IMG/VR virus record: IMGVR_UViG_3300017779_000007
Span: 1-56,378 of that record
DNA length: 56,378 bases
Origin: a virus
Taxonomy: Duplodnaviria > Caudoviricetes
Strand: one strand, 5' to 3'
Shown: positions 53,059 to 56,378 of the stretch, piece by piece
Position numbering within the stretch: position 1 is the first letter of the stretch
Layout of the letters: each line of letters opens with the position of its first letter
Notes under the pieces: model-generated
What the model was told of the DNA's origin: nothing
Database searches by the model: none
Seen by the model: the letters and a program-made list of their open reading frames with translations, nothing else
Program-made: the position numbers and the translations under genes

Positions 53059-53103
53059 AAATAAGAACCCCGCTGCCCGTTTTAGAGACAGGCAACGGGG
53101 TTC
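53059..53103 (-). terminator. Intrinsic terminator after capsid-associated gene
   Basis: GAACCCCGTTGCCTGT-loop-ACGGGCAGCGGGGTTC-TTATTT on minus strand. Confidence 0.65.
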
Positions 53104-53128
53104 ATGTTAAGTGATACGTGATTCGGGG

Positions 53129-53350
53129 TTAAGCAAAAGCTCCAGATGCGATTGAATAAGCGAAATCCTCCACCTTGATGGTTTTAACTTTCTGCTCCGA
53201 GACATCGTATACTTGAATCAAATCTTTTTTAGAGAGTTCAGTTACAGCGTCAGAGTCTGATGCGGGAGTCAGTGCGTCGGGAGTAGACCCGTCGGAAGAT
53301 CCAGAAGCTACCAGTTCTTCAACAATCGGTGCGTCGTCTAGTGTTGGCAT
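53129..53350 (-). CDS. Small acidic protein after capsid (73 aa), possible decoration protein
   Basis: Position between capsid hairpin and terminator. Confidence 0.6.
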   Translation of the reverse strand: MPTLDDAPIVEELVASGSSDGSTPDALTPASDSDAVTELSKKDLIQVYDVSEQKVKTIKVEDFAYSIASGAFA

Positions 53351-53372
53351 AATTATATAAGTGTTACGCTAA

Positions 53373-53406
53373 GTAATGTTCCCGAAATCTGTTTCGGGAA
53401 CATTAC
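53373..53406. other. Perfect 15-bp hairpin after capsid stop (no U tract)
   Basis: GTAATGTTCCCGAAA-TCTG-TTTCGGGAACATTAC. Confidence 0.8.
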
Positions 53407-53419
53407 CTAACTAGATTAA

Positions 53420-54739
53420 TTAAGCAGCAGGAGTGCTGGAGTCACGCTTGAAGAGGATCACATAACCAAACTCAGTCTTGATGGGCTTGGTTGCGCTGGC
53501 GAGAACACCACGGAAGAATCCGATGGAACCGTCAGGGTTGGTGATCTCGTTAGCGATGTTCTTCCAGTCAAACTTACCACGGTAGTTGACAGGATCGAAA
53601 CTGATTCCGTTAGATCCGCTAAGTGGATTAGGGATCTGGGCTTCGCAAACTTCAGGGTGAAGAACGAATGCTGCCTCATAGGAAGCTGCTTCGTAAGAGG
53701 GGTTCGGGGTAGCTACTCCGCCTGATACGCTGTAAGGCTCAACCAAGTTGAGTGTGTTGTCAGCGGTATCGCCGGAGGCACTACTACCGTCGGTGTCGGT
53801 GTCCTGCTCAAAGCGAGGAGCGAGATCGTCAACGAGGTGGTAGAATCCGCGGAAGGACTTCTCGATACCAAGTGGGGCAATCAGGTCACTGACCTTAGCG
53901 TTGTTGTAGCGAACATCATCGCGGAATCCGGCCTCAGTCTGGAGCTGGTAAGAAGCTTCAGAAGAAAGGACGAGAGCGAAGACTGGGCGACCGTTCTCAC
54001 GACCGTAAGCATTGCTACCAGCACCTGCGCGGACCTGTCGGAAATAGACTTTGTCCAGAATCGCGTTGGAGATGTTTGCAGTAATATTGGTCGCTGTGAT
54101 CGTCTGATCGACAGTTGCAGTGCCTTCCTTGCTGTCAGCAAAGCTTGAGCTAGCACTCTTACAGATAACGAGGTTATCAGAGACTTTATCAAACTCTTCG
54201 CGGTAGCGGGTCTCCCAAGTGTTGCGGGTGACCTGAGTCATGATGTCCATGATGGCGCGAAGCTGCTCCTGACGGTGTGCGGCGAAGCGTAGGTCTTCAA
54301 GCGAGATGCGTGGAGACTCGATTACGGCACGTTGCAGGTTGAACTTTTTAAGTTGCTTACCGAACTGGACGAAAGCGCGTTTGTCGGCAGAACCAGTTCC
54401 GCGACCGCCCTGAACATCGTCAGCGGCGTCGTCGAGAGGCTGTGCGTTTGCGCCTGACAGAGATGTGTTAAACTGGTTTCCTCCAGAAGAGAGGGTTCCA
54501 AGGTCGGACCAGTTAGCCCCTACAGTGCTTCCGCCAGCCTCAGTGGTGGCGATTGCACGGTCATAAACGAGCGTGGTCTGTTGGTAGCCCATTCCATCTG
54601 CGAAGGAGGTCTGCTTAGTGAGATCCAACCAAGGCGAGGTGTGGAGGGTACGTGAGTAGATGTCGCTGCCGATGCGGTTAGCTTCTTCAGCGAGAATAGT
54701 GTTTACGGCAGTGATGCCAGCGTCAAGATTAAAAGACAT
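53420..54739 (-). CDS. Major capsid protein (about 439 aa from ATG 54739)
   Basis: Size, position downstream of portal and scaffold, own promoter, downstream hairpin and terminator. Confidence 0.75.
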   Translation of the reverse strand: MSFNLDAGITAVNTILAEEANRIGSDIYSRTLHTSPWLDLTKQTSFADGMGYQQTTLVYDRAIATTEAGGSTVGANWSDLGTLSSGGNQFNTSLSGANAQPLDDAADDVQGGRGTGSADKRAFVQFGKQLKKFNLQRAVIESPRISLEDLRFAAHRQEQLRAIMDIMTQVTRNTWETRYREEFDKVSDNLVICKSASSSFADSKEGTATVDQTITATNITANISNAILDKVYFRQVRAGAGSNAYGRENGRPVFALVLSSEASYQLQTEAGFRDDVRYNNAKVSDLIAPLGIEKSFRGFYHLVDDLAPRFEQDTDTDGSSASGDTADNTLNLVEPYSVSGGVATPNPSYEAASYEAAFVLHPEVCEAQIPNPLSGSNGISFDPVNYRGKFDWKNIANEITNPDGSIGFFRGVLASATKPIKTEFGYVILFKRDSSTPAA

Positions 54740-54811
54740 TGTTCTAAATAAATAAGGGTTTGCGCTTCCGGCCAACGGGGTCGGAAACTAAAAGAGTTTA
54801 GGACGAACCTC

Positions 54812-54896
54812 TTAGAACTATTCAATGGCTAGAGCAACCGGAGTTTCTATGTGCTGTATCAGTTGTTTTTAGAACTATTCAAAGGCTAGAGCAACC
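54812..54896 (-). ncRNA. Tandem 28-nt structured motif in capsid 5' UTR
   Basis: GGTTGCTCTAGCCWTTGAATAGTTCTAA at 54896-54869 and 54839-54812, each enclosed by a different closing stem. Confidence 0.65.
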
Positions 54897-54910
54897 TAAC
54901 TGATAAGCGA

Positions 54911-54938
54911 ATCTTAACACTGTATACCAATCTGTCAA
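54911..54938 (-). promoter_or_regulatory. Sigma70-type capsid promoter
   Basis: CCCCG-TTGACA-16 bp-(TGt)TAAGAT. Confidence 0.6.
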
Positions 54939-54943
54939 CGGGG

Positions 54944-55795
54944 TTACTTCGTCAACGAGGTCAACCCGTCGTAGGGTTTTTCCATTAGCTTTCGCAGATC
55001 ATCGGCTTTCTTGTCGTTAGGAGAGCGGACTGAAGACGCACCTGACCGAAGTTCTTTTTGGAGATCGCCTTGATCTGGGTTGGCAATCGCTCTGTCGGCA
55101 CTCTCTGCCCGTTCTTCGGGGGACATCCTTGCTTTACGCAGATCTGCCGTGCGGCCTCTATTTCGTTTATACATCCTAAACTTTGCCGCTTCACGCTGCT
55201 CCTCTTCAGACGGGCCGAAGAACTTGTCATACGCGAGTCCTCCGAGGGTTTTTGCGGTATCGACCGCTGCGTCGCCAGCCGCATAAATAGTTCCTGCGGG
55301 GTCGAGGAAGCCTTGCCCCATGTTTTGTAAGTTTCCTCCCACAGTTCCCCCTCTTTTATACATTTCTTCCGCTTCGTCCCTAGCTTTTTGCCGTTCCTCC
55401 TCCGAGTTAGCTAGCATAGCAGATCTATACCCTAGTGCAGCTAATTCAGCAGGCGGGGCGAACTTTAAAAATCTCGACGCGGTACTCCCCGCTTTTTGAA
55501 GAGCTGGGCTGTATTTAGCGGCTTGATTGTAAAGGTTTTTGGCAACATTATCGGGGTTCAACTTTGAGAGGTTCTCTTGGAGAACGCCAAGAGCAGGTTT
55601 GAATCTACCAGCATTGTCTACGGCTTTTTCTAAAAGTGCTTTGGGAACTGTAGTGGTGTTCGCGGTGGGTCTTGAGAAGGATACCCCCGTCACGTCCGAA
55701 GCAAGCCCCCCAAGGGATTCATCGGCTTTCTCCGCAGCCACTCGGATATCCTCAAGCGTCTGGCTAAGGACTTTTTTCTTGTTTTTCTCACTCAT
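54944..55795 (-). CDS. Hypothetical protein between scaffold and capsid (283 aa)
   Basis: Long Ala/Gly/Lys-rich ORF with its own promoter. Confidence 0.7.
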   Translation of the reverse strand: MSEKNKKKVLSQTLEDIRVAAEKADESLGGLASDVTGVSFSRPTANTTTVPKALLEKAVDNAGRFKPALGVLQENLSKLNPDNVAKNLYNQAAKYSPALQKAGSTASRFLKFAPPAELAALGYRSAMLANSEEERQKARDEAEEMYKRGGTVGGNLQNMGQGFLDPAGTIYAAGDAAVDTAKTLGGLAYDKFFGPSEEEQREAAKFRMYKRNRGRTADLRKARMSPEERAESADRAIANPDQGDLQKELRSGASSVRSPNDKKADDLRKLMEKPYDGLTSLTK

Positions 55796-55815
55796 CTAAG
55801 TAAACCGGTAAATCG

Positions 55816-55844
55816 AGGGTATCATTTGCTGGTTATAATGTCAA
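55816..55844 (-). promoter_or_regulatory. Sigma70-type promoter
   Basis: CCCCG-TTGACA-17 bp-TACCCT; same CCCCGTTGACA as capsid promoter. Confidence 0.55.
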
Positions 55845-55925
55845 CGGGGTCGCTCAGACGCGAGGGCCGCCAATATCAGTAGCGAAATAATGGCGAGTAG
55901 GGATGCCTCGTAATAATCCATAACT

Positions 55926-55952
55926 AAAAGGGGCCAGCTTAATGCTGACCCC
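55926..55952 (-). terminator. Intrinsic terminator after scaffold gene
   Basis: GGGGTCAGC-ATTAA-GCTGGCCCC-TTTT. Confidence 0.7.
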
Positions 55953-55979
55953 ATTATATGTGAATTTAGGTTAAGTTTA

Positions 55980-56258
55980 TTACACCGCGCCTAAAGCAGC
56001 GTTCACGCGCTCCTCAAAGCTCGCGTTGTCCGATACTCCGGCTCTGGCCGCTGGTGCTTTCGTCTGACCAGACATCGCTGGCTCCGCTTCCTCATATTCA
56101 GCGAGGCGGTCGGTCAGCGACTCGACTTCCTTACGCATCTCCAGATACTGCCTTACAACAGTCGGGAACACTTGAGCGGATACCGCGTTGTAGGCATGGT
56201 CAACAGGGTGCAGGACAGAGGGATCGGTCTCGGACGCCTTCTGCTGGATAGCAGACAT
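55980..56258 (-). CDS. Putative scaffolding protein, 3' part
   Basis: In frame with 903..1 through the terminal overlap. Confidence 0.7.
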   Translation of the reverse strand: MSAIQQKASETDPSVLHPVDHAYNAVSAQVFPTVVRQYLEMRKEVESLTDRLAEYEEAEPAMSGQTKAPAARAGVSDNASFEERVNAALGAV

Positions 56259-56378
56259 ATCGAGGCCGTCGATTGCTTGAAGAAACGGTAACTTCTGCTG
56301 GACCCGCTCGACGACATTCCTTGTGATGTTCTGCCTAAGCTGGGCGTTGTCGGCTGCGAAAGCGGCCTGCTGCCGCTC
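56256..56378 (+). repeat. Terminal direct repeat (right copy)
   Basis: Identical to 1-123. Confidence 0.95.

Noticed and set aside
53350-53420. Capsid read-through or frameshift extension into the 73-aa ORF
   Set aside because: TAA stop followed by further stops and a hairpin; no slippery heptamer seen
54812-54896. 28-bp repeat/29-bp spacer as a CRISPR mini-array
   Set aside because: Sizes fit, but the spacer pairs with the flanks to close each repeat and the unit lies in the capsid leader. Not fully excluded without a repeat database search
1-56378. tRNA genes, reverse transcriptase/DGR, alternative genetic code
   Set aside because: No cloverleaf/T-loop motifs or RT motifs noticed; long ORFs are intact under the standard code and all three stops are used

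Overview
The window is an apparently complete, circularly assembled genome of about 56,255 bp from a tailed dsDNA bacteriophage, probably podovirus-like. Positions 56256-56378 repeat 1-123, and a putative scaffolding gene runs across the join. There are five blocks: (i) a minus-strand late block (portal, scaffold, major capsid, fibres, two glycosyltransferases, adaptor, head-spike-like pair, serine protease, lysis cassette, small basic proteins); (ii) a non-coding, repeat-rich region at about 3.9-5.3 kb that may be the physical end or origin; (iii) a plus-strand early region at 5.3-10.6 kb, where six genes are preceded by structured elements; (iv) a minus-strand block with TerL, putative ejection proteins and a 3921-aa polyvalent protein carrying an ADP-ribosyltransferase-like module; (v) a plus-strand block with a TerS-like HTH protein and replication genes (RuvC-like, SNF2 helicase, DnaA-C-like, Cas4-like nuclease, SSB-like, PolA, primase-helicase). 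I saw no integrase, tRNA, RT or cas gene. The most notable unexplained signals are an 80-bp palindromic element in 3 copies, six a-a'-a switch-like hairpin elements in front of early genes, a tandem structured motif in the capsid 5' UTR, glycosyltransferases coupled to Ser/Thr-rich virion proteins, and sigma70-type promoters abutting start codons. All family calls are by-eye motif recognition, not database searches.
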